Below are positions 39,405-51,594 of a stretch of DNA of 64,000 nucleotides, one piece after another. The first letter of the stretch is position 1. The number at the start of each line of letters is the position of its first letter. Below the pieces are notes generated by a model. It was not told the DNA's origin and ran no database searches. It worked only from the letters and a program-made list of their open reading frames with translations. Source of the stretch: Balanoglossus misakiensis (lineage: Eukaryota > Animalia > Hemichordata); NCBI GenBank assembly GCA_040954595.2, contig CM082591.2, positions 8,932,759 to 8,996,758 on the forward strand, in the 5' to 3' direction. Both the position numbers and the translations under genes were made by a program.

Positions 39405-41030
39405 CCCATACAAAACTCACATGCTTATTAACCAGTTTATAAGCCATTGTTTAGCATGTTACATGCTTATTTGTGTAAAAATAAGCAGTTCTTAGCAGTT
39501 GCACCCCATACATGTCTATTTTCTAGAGTCTACATGCTTATATCTGAGATGATTAGACTTCAACTAGCATGTACATGTTATGGGCCAAGCAGTCTACATG
39601 CTAATGATGACTGGGGTGGTAAATAATAACCATGTATGAAGCATGTACACCATTTAGCATGTGATTCTGACAATAGCTAAAGTTCACACGCATGTATCTA
39701 GCATTGACTGAAGTCCACAAGCATGTAATTACGGGGCATGTACATAATTTAAGTAGTTGATTTATCCACGTGGCCTCATGATGTCTACTTCCGGGTCAAA
39801 CAAAAAATACAGTGTGCGCATGCGCAAACTCCAACCCCAATATTTAACGGTTTTCTGGTTGACAAGTTGGATTGTACGTCGCGTACATCTTGGAGTACAA
39901 TGTCGCAGCCCAGTAAGCTATTGTTTATCCGCCACTTGTACATTTGGAAGGGCGAGTTTACACTTTTATCGATGCTGCAGTTTGGATGAATTGACTGTTC
40001 AAAATAGGTAAATGCAGCGCATTGCTTTAGTTAGACTTTGTTGTTAGCGCAGGACGTTCATGGACATGGTCAGTGTATATAGGTTAGTGTTACCATATTG
40101 GCCAACTGTGCTAAGAGTGTGAGTGTACGATCATTTAATTTAAATTTGCTGTAAATTTACGTGGACCTCGCAGCAATTGGTTAAATGCTATGTGGCTCGC
40201 TCCTGACGGGGTTAACAGTCTGGCTGAACATATTTAGTGCATGACATTAAATGTTAGCCTTTGAGTCGCTTTGTGTCCACACACACAAAGTTTAAGCATA
40301 GACCATGACAAAATTGAATTCTGCGTGAAAGAATATAGCTTTTGAAGTTTTGTTTTGTCTCTACTCAATTGAAATTGAGAAAATAAAGCATCTCAAGTTG
40401 AATATTGAAGATCTTCATTGGTTTGTCTTGCTTTACATTTTTTGAAATTGAGAAAATAAAGCATCTCAAGTTGAATATTTAAGATATTCATTGGTTTGTC
40501 TTGCTTTACATTTTTGAGGTAAGCCTTAATATTTTTTAAGTGAAAACTCATGCCAGAAGAAGTGCTGCGTGAAGTGTTATTGTTGTCACTATTACTTCTG
40601 AACTTTGTGGGATAACCAAGCAATTTATAAATACATAACATAACAATGCACTGTAATATTTAGGCTGCATAATTTTGCATGTCGATTATATATGCATGTA
40701 CATGCATGGCAGTTATCAAGCATGTACATCATGCTTAAGCATGTACATGTATGAAGCAAGATCAAGTATGTATATGCAAATATTTTTCCAGCAATGTACA
40801 GGTTTATGATTAAGCATGTATATGAAAATGTTCTTAGCATGTACATGCTTATTGTACAATCTCATTTAAATAATTCGGCCTATATACATGTCACATGCTT
40901 GTAAAGTCCATAGATGATTGCAGAAAGCATGTACAGTCTTAACGTACAAATTACCAGTCAAGTAACATGTTCAGGCTAATACCTGACCACTAAATACATG
41001 CTTAAAACAGGCATGCGAGTTTTGTAAGGG
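39405..41030. mobile_element. Non-autonomous EnSpm/CACTA element (1626 bp)
   Basis: CCCATACAAAACTCACATGC ... GCATGCGAGTTTTGTAAGGG, with a 2-bp TSD AT (39403-04, 41031-32) and GCATGTA/TACATGC subterminal repeats. Confidence 0.85.
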
Positions 41031-41093
41031 ATGACATACATGTACTGTCTTTGTAAGCAAAATCAAAAAAATGTTTAGACTAATGAAACTTAC

Positions 41094-42312
41094 TTTAGCT
41101 GCTCCATAAACAATGACATCGGAGTCTTCTGTCATGACGCCATAAACTTTGCCACAAATAGGCCATCTGGGCATCTGCCTCATATGGTGCAACTATGTAG
41201 TCAATGTTATGTTCACCAAGACTCTATAAAAACAAATAAATGCGACAAAAATTCTCTGTGAAAATGTGTAGCAATACTGTGATTTTAACAATGATACACT
41301 TATTGTTGAAAGTTAGCCATTTATTTTTTATAAACAACTAGTTGTCAAAGCAATATGAAATATTTTTACCTTGATTACTTTTTGTACCATTGCTTCAGTG
41401 ATTTTGGCACTGGCAAGAAAATGTCTCTGGGAGTCGCAGTAGTTTTTCTGCTCCCACAAAGTTTCGGCTTTCTGTAATGAAAGTTCACGTTGCCTGGGCA
41501 AAGCATAGAAATCAGTTAGTGAATTGACATAAGACACCACACTTAAGAAATATATACAACAGCAGCACATCAGTGAAATTGGACATTTTGATGCAAAAAC
41601 GAATCTCTTTACCTTTTACGTTTGTTATTTTCGATTTGCTTTGGGGAATATGATTGTCCAGCAAACACAACCAGTGGCTTGATTCCGAGGTTTTTAAAAT
41701 TAAGAACTACCTTTAGGAAATATTTTATGTATCTAGTGTAACCAAAAAATGTTAAAAAATAACATTGTACATAAAAAAATAATGACATAATAACAAGCTA
41801 CAAAATTACCAGACAGTGATTCTTGACATGAGGAAAACCCTCTGCAGTAACTCTGTCACTAGACAGTGATTAACATAACAATGACAAAATGTGGCTTATA
41901 TTTGCACTCCAATAAACAACCAACATCTTTCTATACAATTTCTGTGTTGACCAAGACGTTCACATTTCAGTTATAATCTCCCAAATGGCGGTTTTCCACC
42001 AACGTTTGGGGGATTACTACCTACAACACTGGCCTGGTTTGGCATGATTAACAATGGTCCCACATAATAAATTAAAAGCAAATCATAATGACAAATGTAT
42101 AAACAAATAAAAATTTAATTCAATAAAGATATATTAAAAATATAATTGTACCTGTCTGTTGGCCAGTTCATTGCTAGCTCTCTTGCACAGCCACGGGAAC
42201 CTTTATGCAAAAGCATGGAAGCGTCCACTGCCAGTGTCTTTCCACTAAATTTCTGCAGCTGCACATGACCTGTTGCCGTATTTATTTGGCTGTATAGGTT
42301 CTTAATCCCCAT
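41094..42312 (-). pseudogene. Exonuclease-1-like (XPG/FEN family N and I regions), 4 exons
   Basis: Exons 42312-42152, 41732-41613, 41493-41370 and 41223-41094. Motifs MGIKNL..TLAVDAS..LHKG..CAREL, GIKPLVVFAG, ITEAM, IVAPYEADAQMAYL and TEDSD..YG. Frameshift near 41155; no GCDY/H3TH region seen. Confidence 0.85.
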
Positions 42313-42384
42313 CGTGTATTTCGACCTATGTACACAAGTTATTAATATTATTAATATTATTACTACTCCTATAGGCGGTGTTGT

Positions 42385-42620
42385 GGTTGATTTGCAATGT
42401 GGAAGCCTCAGGCCAAGCAAGATGCCACAAGGTATACTGGCAGTCATTTCTATGGAAAATGCATGATGCTTGAGTTGAAGCATCGACATGAATATCAGTG
42501 ATGGCCTGGGGTCAATGAATTTGTGTGTACCATTGAAGTATGTCTGGTAATTCAGCCACCATTCTATGTCAAGTTGGAAGTCGCAGGAAAGAAGCACTTT
42601 GTGGGACGGAGACGGAGATG
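42385..42620 (-). pseudogene. DIRS/Ngaro reverse transcriptase-RNase H junction fragment
   Basis: HKVLLSCDFQLDIEWWLNYQTYFNG, then a frameshift, then IHVDAS..W..AWP...LQIN. Confidence 0.7.
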
Positions 42621-43004
42621 TGAAGCAAGTTCTGGCTGGTGTTGTCAGGAAGTAAGACAGAGGTGTAGCTGTTGTTGGAGTGTTAGTGTTCATGCTTGTA
42701 GCCTATATGAATGGACTTACTTTTAAATGCATTGTTTCAGGTACACTGGCTTGTTCAGCTTCGGAGATTGTACAAACAGTAGGTAGTTGAGCTTGCAGCA
42801 GTTAGATACACGGCAGACCTGGATACACACACCATAGACCTCAGAGACTCTTCGGTCTATGCACAGACATACACGGCAGGCATACAAGGGAAGCGCATAT
42901 AACCGGAAGTGAACGGGCTGATGTCTCGCAAGAGAATGAAAGCCTGAGGCTGATATGGTTACGATTCACCGCTAGAGGGTGTTTGCGTTGCAGACACCGC
43001 CTGC

Positions 43005-44016
43005 ACATACCCATACTTCCAACAGAAATCAATTTTCAAGAGTACTGCTGCCACACGATTGCATGATCTACCATATCTGTGCAATACAAAGCAAAGAGAG
43101 AGCATTTGTTAAATATTAAACTACTTTGGTTGGTTAATTTGAGAACTTTTAGACAAATATGTGGCACAAAGAGAAATATTGAAACACATAAAATTATTTA
43201 GACTAATATTAACAACAATAATTGGATAAAACTAAATTATTCTGCAGTTTTTATATTTGAGTTAGTATAAACTATTTATCAGAGTCATTTTATTTTTATT
43301 GATACTAGTAAGTAGAATTTAAAATTTCAAAATATTGATATAGCTACATATGTCAGTGAAAAAATATAGTTTCTCAGATTAAAAAAATATGTCAAGGTAC
43401 TTACCCAGCCACACAAGTACAGTGTGAATTTTTTAATCACTCCAGTCTCTTTCTCAATAGCAACCCACAGTTCATGGGAACAATCTGCTTATATTTGTGA
43501 TTGTATAAATTTTGATTTCAGGAAACAGTATGGAGAGATGTGATGGTAATAAACTTCAAAAAGAAACTGTGAGGAAAAATAATTGAATGCCTTGCCCTCT
43601 TTATAATCATTCAACAGCCTTTTTGATAAACTGGTCTTGCTAATGTCAAGCTCATGTTCCTGCAAGTATTTCTGGATATCAGTTATCATAGTTGGGGGCC
43701 ATATATGCATTCCTGCATTTTCATTTTGCCATCCAGACGTCAAAGTGGTGAATGGGTCTGGCAAAACACAGCCATCATAAATGACCAATGCCATTTTCTA
43801 TTCTTCTTGGCGCACTTCCTCCTTCTCTATGGCTGTTGTACCCACGGGAGTCTTGTTTATATATACTGCATACTAGTATGCTAGTGCCACCAACTCTTCT
43901 TTTCCCCCAGAAACAGGCAGATCTCTTTTCTGAAGGAATGCTTTGAGAGCTGGCACCTACCATAATTTTAATGTGTCATACGATAGCTCAGCCTCATGAA
44001 TACCCTGAGATGACAT
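43005..44016 (-). pseudogene. SAP + SWIM protein N-terminus, typical of the second gene of ISL2EU/Kolobok-type DNA transposons
   Basis: ATG at 44016. W*VPALKAFLQKRDLPVSGGKEELVALAY is SAP-like, followed by LPDP..GW..WP..DI..YL..DYKEGKAFNYF. HCTCVAG|YGRSCNRVAAVL spans the intron 43404-43077. Stops and frameshifts are present. Confidence 0.7.
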
Positions 44017-45594
44017 TTTTCTACAAGAGATAAATTAAAAATATAGTTTTAGTCACACTGTCAACAATACCTGGTGTTCATATAGAATATAAAATAAAGA
44101 AGCATTTTTTTTTCAAAATAGGTTAAAATCACTCATGATTTTCATGAAAATATTAAATCAAGCACTACCGATGTCATTTCATTTAATGACATTTTTCTAC
44201 AAGAGATAAAATAAAAATATAGTTTTAGTCACACTGTCAACAATACCTGGTGTTCATATAGAATATAAAATAAAGAAGCATTTTTTTTTCAAAATAGGTT
44301 AAAATCACTCATGATTTTCATGAAAATATTAAATCAAGCACTACCGATGTCATTTCATTTAATGACATTTTTCTACAAGAGATAAAATAAAAATATAGTT
44401 TTAGTCACACTGTCAACAATACCTGGTGTTCATATAGAATATAAAATAAAGAAGCTTTTTTTTTTCAAAATAGGTTAAAATCACTCATGATTTTCATGAA
44501 AATATTAAATCAAGCACTATCGATGTCATTACATTTAATGACATTTTTCTACAAGAGATAAAATAAAAATATAGTTTTAGTCACACTGTCAACAATACCT
44601 GGTGTTCATATAGAATATAAAATAAAGAAGCATTTTTTTTTCAAAATAGGTTAAAATCACTCATGATTTTCATGAAAATATTAAATCAAGCACTACCGAT
44701 GTCATTTCATTTAATGACATTTTTCTACAAGAGATAAAATAAAAATATAGTTTTAGTCACACTGTCAACAATACCTGGTGTTCATATAGAATATAAAATA
44801 AAGAAGCGTTTTTTTTTCAAAATAGGTTAAAATCACTCATGATTTTCATGAAAATATTAAATCAAGCACTACCGATGTCATTTCATTTAATGACATTTTT
44901 CTACAAGAGATAAAATAAAAATATAGTTTTAGTCACACTGTCAACAATACCTGGTGTTCATATAGAATATAAAATAAAGAAGCGTTTTTTTTTCAAAATA
45001 GGTTAAAATCACTCATGATTTTCATGAAAATATTAAATCAAGCACTACCGATGTCATTTCATTTAATGACATTTTTCTACAAGAGATAAAATAAAAATAT
45101 AGTTTTAGTCACACTGTCAACAATACCTGGTGTTCATATAGAATATAAAATAAAGAAGCATTTTTTTTTCAAAATAGGTTAAAATCACTCATGATTTTCA
45201 TGAAAATATTAAATCAAGCACTACCGATGTCATTTCATTTAATGACATTTTTCTACAAGAGATAAAATAAAAATATAGTTTTAGTCACACTGTCAACAAT
45301 ACCTGGTGTTCATATAGAATATAAAATAAAGAAGCGTTTTTTTTTCAAAATAGGTTAAAATCACTCATGATTTTCATGAAAATATTAAATCAAGCACTAT
45401 CGATGTCATTACATTTAATGACATTTTTCTACAAGAGATAAAATAAAAATATAGTTTTAGTCACACTGTCAACAATACCTGGTGTTCATATAGAATATAA
45501 AATAAAGAAGCATTTTTTTTTCAAAATAGGTTAAAATCACTCATGATTTTCATGAAAATATTAAATCAAGCACTACCGATGTCATTACATTTAA
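44010..45594. repeat. Tandem array, 9 x 176 bp
   Basis: Units start at 44011, 44187, 44363, 44539, 44715, 44891, 45067, 45243 and 45419 and are nearly identical. Confidence 0.97.
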
Positions 45595-45912
45595 AGTTTC
45601 CGGTAGATCAATAAACGAGTCTTGACCATGAGGACCTCACGGTTTTGTACTGTAAACAGTAGTCATGTACGTACTAGCATTTAAGGTATCACTCATCAAA
45701 TAATTCCTTGCCATATTAATATCCTCGTCAACATAATTACATGTCTGCTTTCTACCACCACACAAACCGATTACGTGCCTAGCTTCACTATTCACAGCCG
45801 TACGTATCACTGTTTCCGATCAGGCCTAAAGAAATACGCGTCGGCAAAAAAGTTATGAAAGTCGCCGAAAATTCGAGTGACAATGCGAGATTCGACTCGA
45901 AATGCCTTGAAT

Positions 45913-46278
45913 GGCACACTAAATTTGTCATTCAATGTAAAAACTCACCTCAAAAGTTCGTTTTCACTGTGATTCCCTTAAAAATCGCCTCAGCAACGTT
46001 TGTGTTCAGCTCTTAGATCTGATATGTCAGCTGACCTAAAGTTTTACCTTTTGACCCCGTGACCTCGCGCAGAGCGTCATGGGTATCTGGAACTGGCGCA
46101 CTAAATTTGTCATTCAATGTAAAAACTCACCTCAAAAGTTCGTTTTCACTGTGATTCCCCAAAAAATCGCCTCAGCAACGTTTGTTTACAATGTCTGCTC
46201 TGATCTGCTACGCTGACCTGAAGTTTTACCTTTTGACCCCGTGACCTCGCACAGGGCGTCATGGGTATCTGGAACTGG
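45913..46278. repeat. Tandem duplication, 2 x ~182 bp
   Basis: GGC(A/G)CACTAAATTTGTCATTCAATG...ATCTGGAACTGG occurs at 45913 and 46095. Confidence 0.9.
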
Positions 46279-46516
46279 AAACGCGCGAGCTTTGTATACA
46301 AGTATGGCGGGCGCTCTGCGACCTTGGATACACCGTGTTCGAAATACGGACTTGAGAGAGGGCTCTCTAGGACCTTGGAATCTGAAATGTGTAAGTAATC
46401 GTTTTCCTAGATGTTTATTTGTTGCAATGAACGTGGTTTGCGGCTTGCAAGAGTAAATTTCAGATAAAAGGATATCGAACTTGTTCAGTCTGACTTGATG
46501 TTCCAGCAAACGAGTG

Positions 46517-46720
46517 GGATCTGGTTCTCTTAGTGGACACGACTCTACCCCATGGCAACGATACCATGGCAATGAGGGTGAGTTAGGGTTAGGGTTAGGA
46601 GGGTTAGGGGTGGCAATGTGAGGGTGAGTTTAACCCTAACCCTAACCCTCCTAACCCTAACCCTAAAAACCATTGTATCGCCCATGGGGTATAGTCGTGT
46701 CCACTAAGAGAACCAGATCC
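46517..46720. mobile_element. MITE with internal telomere-like repeats (MuDR/Merlin-type ends)
   Basis: TIR GGATCTGGTTCTCTTAGTGGACACGACT, 8-bp TSD AACGAGTG (46509-16, 46721-28), and internal TTAGGG and CCCTAA runs. Confidence 0.88.
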
Positions 46721-46934
46721 AACGAGTGTTTCCATGTAAAGCCCAGGGTAAAGACTTAGTAAAGGAGCGTGAAAAGGGCCTTTCAGGTTTTGAACAGTCA
46801 TAAAACTTTACAGGTCGTGGCACATATATGTAAGAAATGTGTGTGCCAAGTGTGAAGTCTCTATTTTTAGTGGACCGGAACTCGTCCCAAAATGTATGGA
46901 GGCATGTCACGTCGCTGTCAAATATGCTTTCCAG

Positions 46935-47040
46935 TCGTTTCGGCACCACAGAGTTTCGACCCCAGTCGCTTCGGCACCCAATTTTCACGACCCCGGTCTG
47001 TTCGGCCCCGACACCCCAGTCGTTTCGGTACTTATCGGTA
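46935..47040. repeat. Short CG(T/C)TTCGG(C/T)AC/CCC subterminal-type repeats, possibly a MuDR-like element end
   Basis: About six degenerate TTCGGC(A/C)CC motifs; no matching opposite end found. Confidence 0.4.
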
Positions 47041-47169
47041 GCCTTAAGTAAAATTGAATAAAATGTATGTATTTTTCCTGAGACTGTTGTAAAAGTAATA
47101 ATGGTAACCCTAGTAAAGTAAAATTCAAGCAGACGGTACTAGGAAATTCATAGCAGCGATTAACACACT

Positions 47170-47505
47170 CGATGTGTTAATACCGTACCGTCGCCCCTCA
47201 ATATCAGTCCCACTGACAGTCGCATCTGTACCGTCGCCCCTTGTCATGTCAGTCCCACACACATCGATGTATTTACCGTACCGTCGCCCCTCAATATCAG
47301 TCCCACTGACAGTCGCATCTGTACCGTCGCCCCTTGTCATGTCAGTCCCACACACATCGATGTATTTACCGTACCGTCGCCCCTCAATATCAGTCCCACT
47401 GACAGTCGCATCTGTACCGTCGCCCCTTGTCATGTCAGTCCCACTGACATCGATGTATTTACCGTACCGTCGCCCCTCAATATCAGTCCCACTGACATCG
47501 CCCCT
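47170..47505. repeat. Minisatellite, ~3.5 x 93 bp (dimer of related subunits)
   Basis: CGATGTATTTACCGTACCGTCGCCCCT at 47265, 47358 and 47451; each unit has two GTACCGTCGCCCCT..TCAGTCCCAC copies. Confidence 0.95.
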
Positions 47506-50500
47506 TCACTAAACTAGGCAACAATGAGTCAGGTGGCACCGGAATTAATACGGGTATATACCTGGGGGTACACAGTGTACCACAAAATCCAGCAGGGAAA
47601 TCCACTTTTTGCCGAACCTTGTTTTACCGTCTAAAGTATTTTTTAAAGTGGATTCTGCTTGCATAGATCACCAGAGTGAAAGAAATGGTTACTGGAGCTG
47701 TGTCAGTATTGAGAAATTTGCGATAATTAGCATAAAAATGGCCGTCAAATGATTTCAATTATCAATGTAAGAGATAGAAATCACCTTTATAGTGAAAACA
47801 TTTGATAGTGAAAGCTTAATGTTTTTATAAAAACAAGTTAGTTGTCATAATTGAGTATATTTAAATACTAATTTGCATAATTTAACACCCCATGATGTAT
47901 ATACAAGTATTATAAACCCTAAATATGAGTTGATATACTTTTTAACCAGATAAATAATTTAGCTTTGCTGCAAAGGAATATGGCTGCTACTGTAGTAAAA
48001 TGTAAAATACAGTGAAAACATTGCATTTCTCACTGTAGAACTTCATAAACAAAGCATGATCTCATACAGAAGAACACATGGATGAGAGTAAATGTACTCC
48101 ACTGAGACATAAGATTTTTTTCATTGGAATATTTCACTTTTTAAAAAAAAATTGCGGGATTTTTTCACTGTACTGATATTCCTTTAATTTTTGGCCATTT
48201 TGTCATAAATAAGTATTTCTTGATATACTATCAGGCAATATCATTTATTAGACTGAAGTATAAGCATATCAGAGGTTATTTAAAGCTTAACTGTTTTTAT
48301 CAAGTTGCAGCTGATGGAGCTTTTATGTATATACCCCACATTCTATATGAAAGCTTGAACTGTATAAACACAGATTACAATGTATTCTCTGAACTACAAT
48401 TTATATTGAAATGTACATTAAAATGTACTAGATATTTGTGTGTTTCCAAATGAGTATATACAATCCTGAAACACCCGTATACATATACATATACATGTAT
48501 CTGTATCTTGGACAAAGATACACCTATTAAAAATGTTCGAGCAGAATGTCTCAGCAGTCAACATGTGGTTGTTTTCTGTGATTTTAAGATTTGTTTACAA
48601 AGGATGGACAGAATGAACATTGGCAAAATTTTAGACAAGGATTATCATGCATAAAGTTACCACCATTTTTAAAATTCAGGACACATCTACAGTCTCCTAT
48701 TCCTATACGAACACCATGAGAAGGAAACTGTTCCATTACAACAGAGACTAACTTTGCATGAGCATATTGTCATTAAACACAACTCAGACTATATTTTTCA
48801 ATAATGGTGCCAAGTGTAAATGATAAGAATGCCGAACTTCCTGTTACCTTTCTATATACTCATATGGAGCTGAGTTTATGCAATCTCTACAAAATATGAT
48901 GTAAAAGTTTGTAGTGTTCAATGTGTCTAACTCAGACAGTCAACGTGCACACACAGCTATTCCATCTACTTCCACCACTGTGCCATCTGATACTGGCAGC
49001 CATATTCAAAGTGTATTTTCGATCATGATGTCCACTGTAACTGAAGTCGGTCTGCTTGACATAATTGATGTTTCCCACAAGCTATTACAATGATATTATT
49101 CAGCTGTTTGATAAACTTGGTGCAGGCTGGAACAAATTAGACAGGGCTACCGCGACCAAAACGGTGTGCAAAAGTAGGTAAATAGGGTTTAGTAAAAAAT
49201 TAAATGAAACAATTTCTTTTTCTGTCTTTTTAAAAATCCATAATCAAAAGATCTTTCTATGCTTACACTTCTACTTTATTGCTAAAATAAACTAGTCTTC
49301 AATTGTTTTAGCAGTACAAAGATTTTAAGAAGTCAAAAAACAGTCTGTTCCAATTTTGATTTGCCCTACGCTTCTCTAGCCTAATGACTGAGATAGTAGA
49401 GTTTCAAAATCGCATTTCCAAAGAATGCTGTGACAGAATTTGTCAATAAAGATTTCAGTTTGTGTGCATTCATTGACGTGATGTGAATTTTCCATCTGCA
49501 CACATACGTTGCACTGCATATTTTGACTAATTAGAGTGATGTAATGCTATTTAAGCAAGATTATGATTGAGTAGAAACTAATATGCATATTCGACTTGCA
49601 GACGGTGCCTCGTTCTTGTACCGGTATATTTACATTTGAAATCATTTGGGCTTTGACGTTCTTGACGCATGGAGCAAAATTTTATTCCACATTTTTGCTT
49701 TCAAACAAGTAAATATCAGGAAAAACTTGCAGTAAGCGAGTGTTTGTACTCCCACTTACCATTTTGAAAACCCACATAAACCCATTTTGGGAAAATTCTG
49801 AAATTGCAGTTAGACCACAGGGAGTGATGCTGTTGAGCGAAATAAATCCAATCTCTAATCCTAAACGTTGAATAAATTCTAACCCTAACATGTCAACAAA
49901 TGTGACCATATTTGTAAATAAATAAACACATAAATAAATGAATAATAAGTTAACCTGTTGCACTGTTAAATTATAGAGATTTTGCAGCTTTTCAGCCTTT
50001 TTTCAATCTCGAAGATATTGATTCTACGCTTTGCTTATATTTCTTACCTAGCCCCCCCCCCCCCCCCCCCATAAACACCACACAGTAACATTTGTTTGTG
50101 GGCTTCGTGTCAGCTTTGCTATGGTGGTGGTACCATAACACACTACAGTTTAACTTTTGAGACAGGCAATTTTAAGGCAAGGTGATAGCGAAGAAACTGA
50201 CCAGTCGTGACTATTAGATAGGGGATTTGATTGCATGATTTATCAGAATTGTAATTGCTGTTAGATTTTTTAGCATTATGACTGTTATAAGCTACCAGTG
50301 TCTGTATGTCCCGATGTTGGCATTGTGGCACAAGGATAATAAGTGTATCAGATGATAAATACCAAATTATCTTAAGCCTCAATGTATGGATTACTTGGCC
50401 ACATGATTGCACATCCTGTATATTTTGAATAATAAGTGGCATATGCTAAAGCTGTTTTATGAATGGTTACTAATACTGATTTCTTTGCCTATTTGATTCA

Positions 50501-51594
50501 CAGGTGCTGCCTCAAATCGTCTGCAGTTGCTGTCATGCCCAGTCTACGCTACGGTTGGCATATACTTCTGCCACCAAGCCATGAGATATACTGACAGCCA
50601 CGTTTGAAACATTTCAGTATACTGATATTCAAAGCTTAAATGTCAAGGTATGCTTTATAATCGCTACAAATATACATTTTTGTGCTAATCAGTTTTATGA
50701 AGAGTGAGTTGGATCAAATGAAAGTTTTCTTTTTTCACAACAACCTTAAAGTAATCCTTGTACAGTGTTACATAGATGCCAAGTGCGTGTACATGTTCTG
50801 TTGTTTACAGATATTTCAGTTTCACTTATCACTTGATTTCCATGCTTAGGTATACCCATGTTGACCTTCTTTACTTCAGTACTGATGTAAATTGAGTTTC
50901 AAGATTTCTGTTTCAAAGAACACTGTGACACATTTCCCTGATGAATTTTCCACTGTTGTGCATTATCATAGCACAGTCTGACCTGACATTATACCATATT
51001 TAGCATATTTTCAGTAATTAGTATGGCAGAATTCTATAGCAAGGTTATGATTGGTAACTAATTAATATGCATATATTTAATTCACAGTCTTAAAATTAAA
51101 TGTCAGCATTTCAACGTGTGGCGGAGGAGGAGAGAGAAGACCTTGGCCACATCGAAGATCACTTTCTGGTGAGCACAACTTGTGGTATAATAATAATAAT
51201 AATAATTTTTACTGTCATATTTAATTGCTATTGCACACACAAAGAAATGTGTTGTGGTGTTTCAAGATAAAAAAGAACATTACATTACAGAAAAGGTTTG
51301 AGAAAAACGTACAAACAGAATGAAAAGAACAGTGTCTAGGTATAACGCAACAACTTCAGATATGTGGAATGAAAAAATCTGTGGGAGACGAGATTGATGA
51401 ACTTTCACAGCACATGGTTAACCATCATGTAACATGTGAATTGCAGTAGGGAAAAAGCTGTTCAAGTGACTGATTTGAGCTCCATAGCTAGTTAATGCTA
51501 AAAATGTGTTGTCCAAGGTATAAGTGGTTTTTGCACTATAATTTGCAACAGAAATAGACACTGAGCACCAGCCCACCCTCCCCACTTGCTGACT

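Noticed and set aside
41094-42312. Host EXO1 orthologue (gene symbol withheld)
   Set aside because: It is frameshifted, has the D78-equivalent substitution, lacks H3TH and the C-terminus, and is embedded among TEs.
42115-42693. 192-aa ORF as one protein
   Set aside because: It is a chance read-through joining a DIRS RT/RNase H fragment to EXO1-like exon 1 and its intron.
44010-45594. Possible CRISPR-like array
   Set aside because: Units are full-length near-identical copies with no unique spacers, there are no cas genes, and the DNA is eukaryotic.
46580-46666. Telomere-telomere fusion scar
   Set aside because: It is enclosed by TIRs and an 8-bp TSD, so it is a MITE.
47125-47512. Repetitive ORFs on both strands
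   Set aside because: They follow from a 93-bp (multiple of 3) minisatellite.
47549-48480. Possible Tc1/mariner MITE (TA|CGGGT ... ACCCG|TA)
   Set aside because: Only a few terminal bases match and the left TIR cannot be confirmed.
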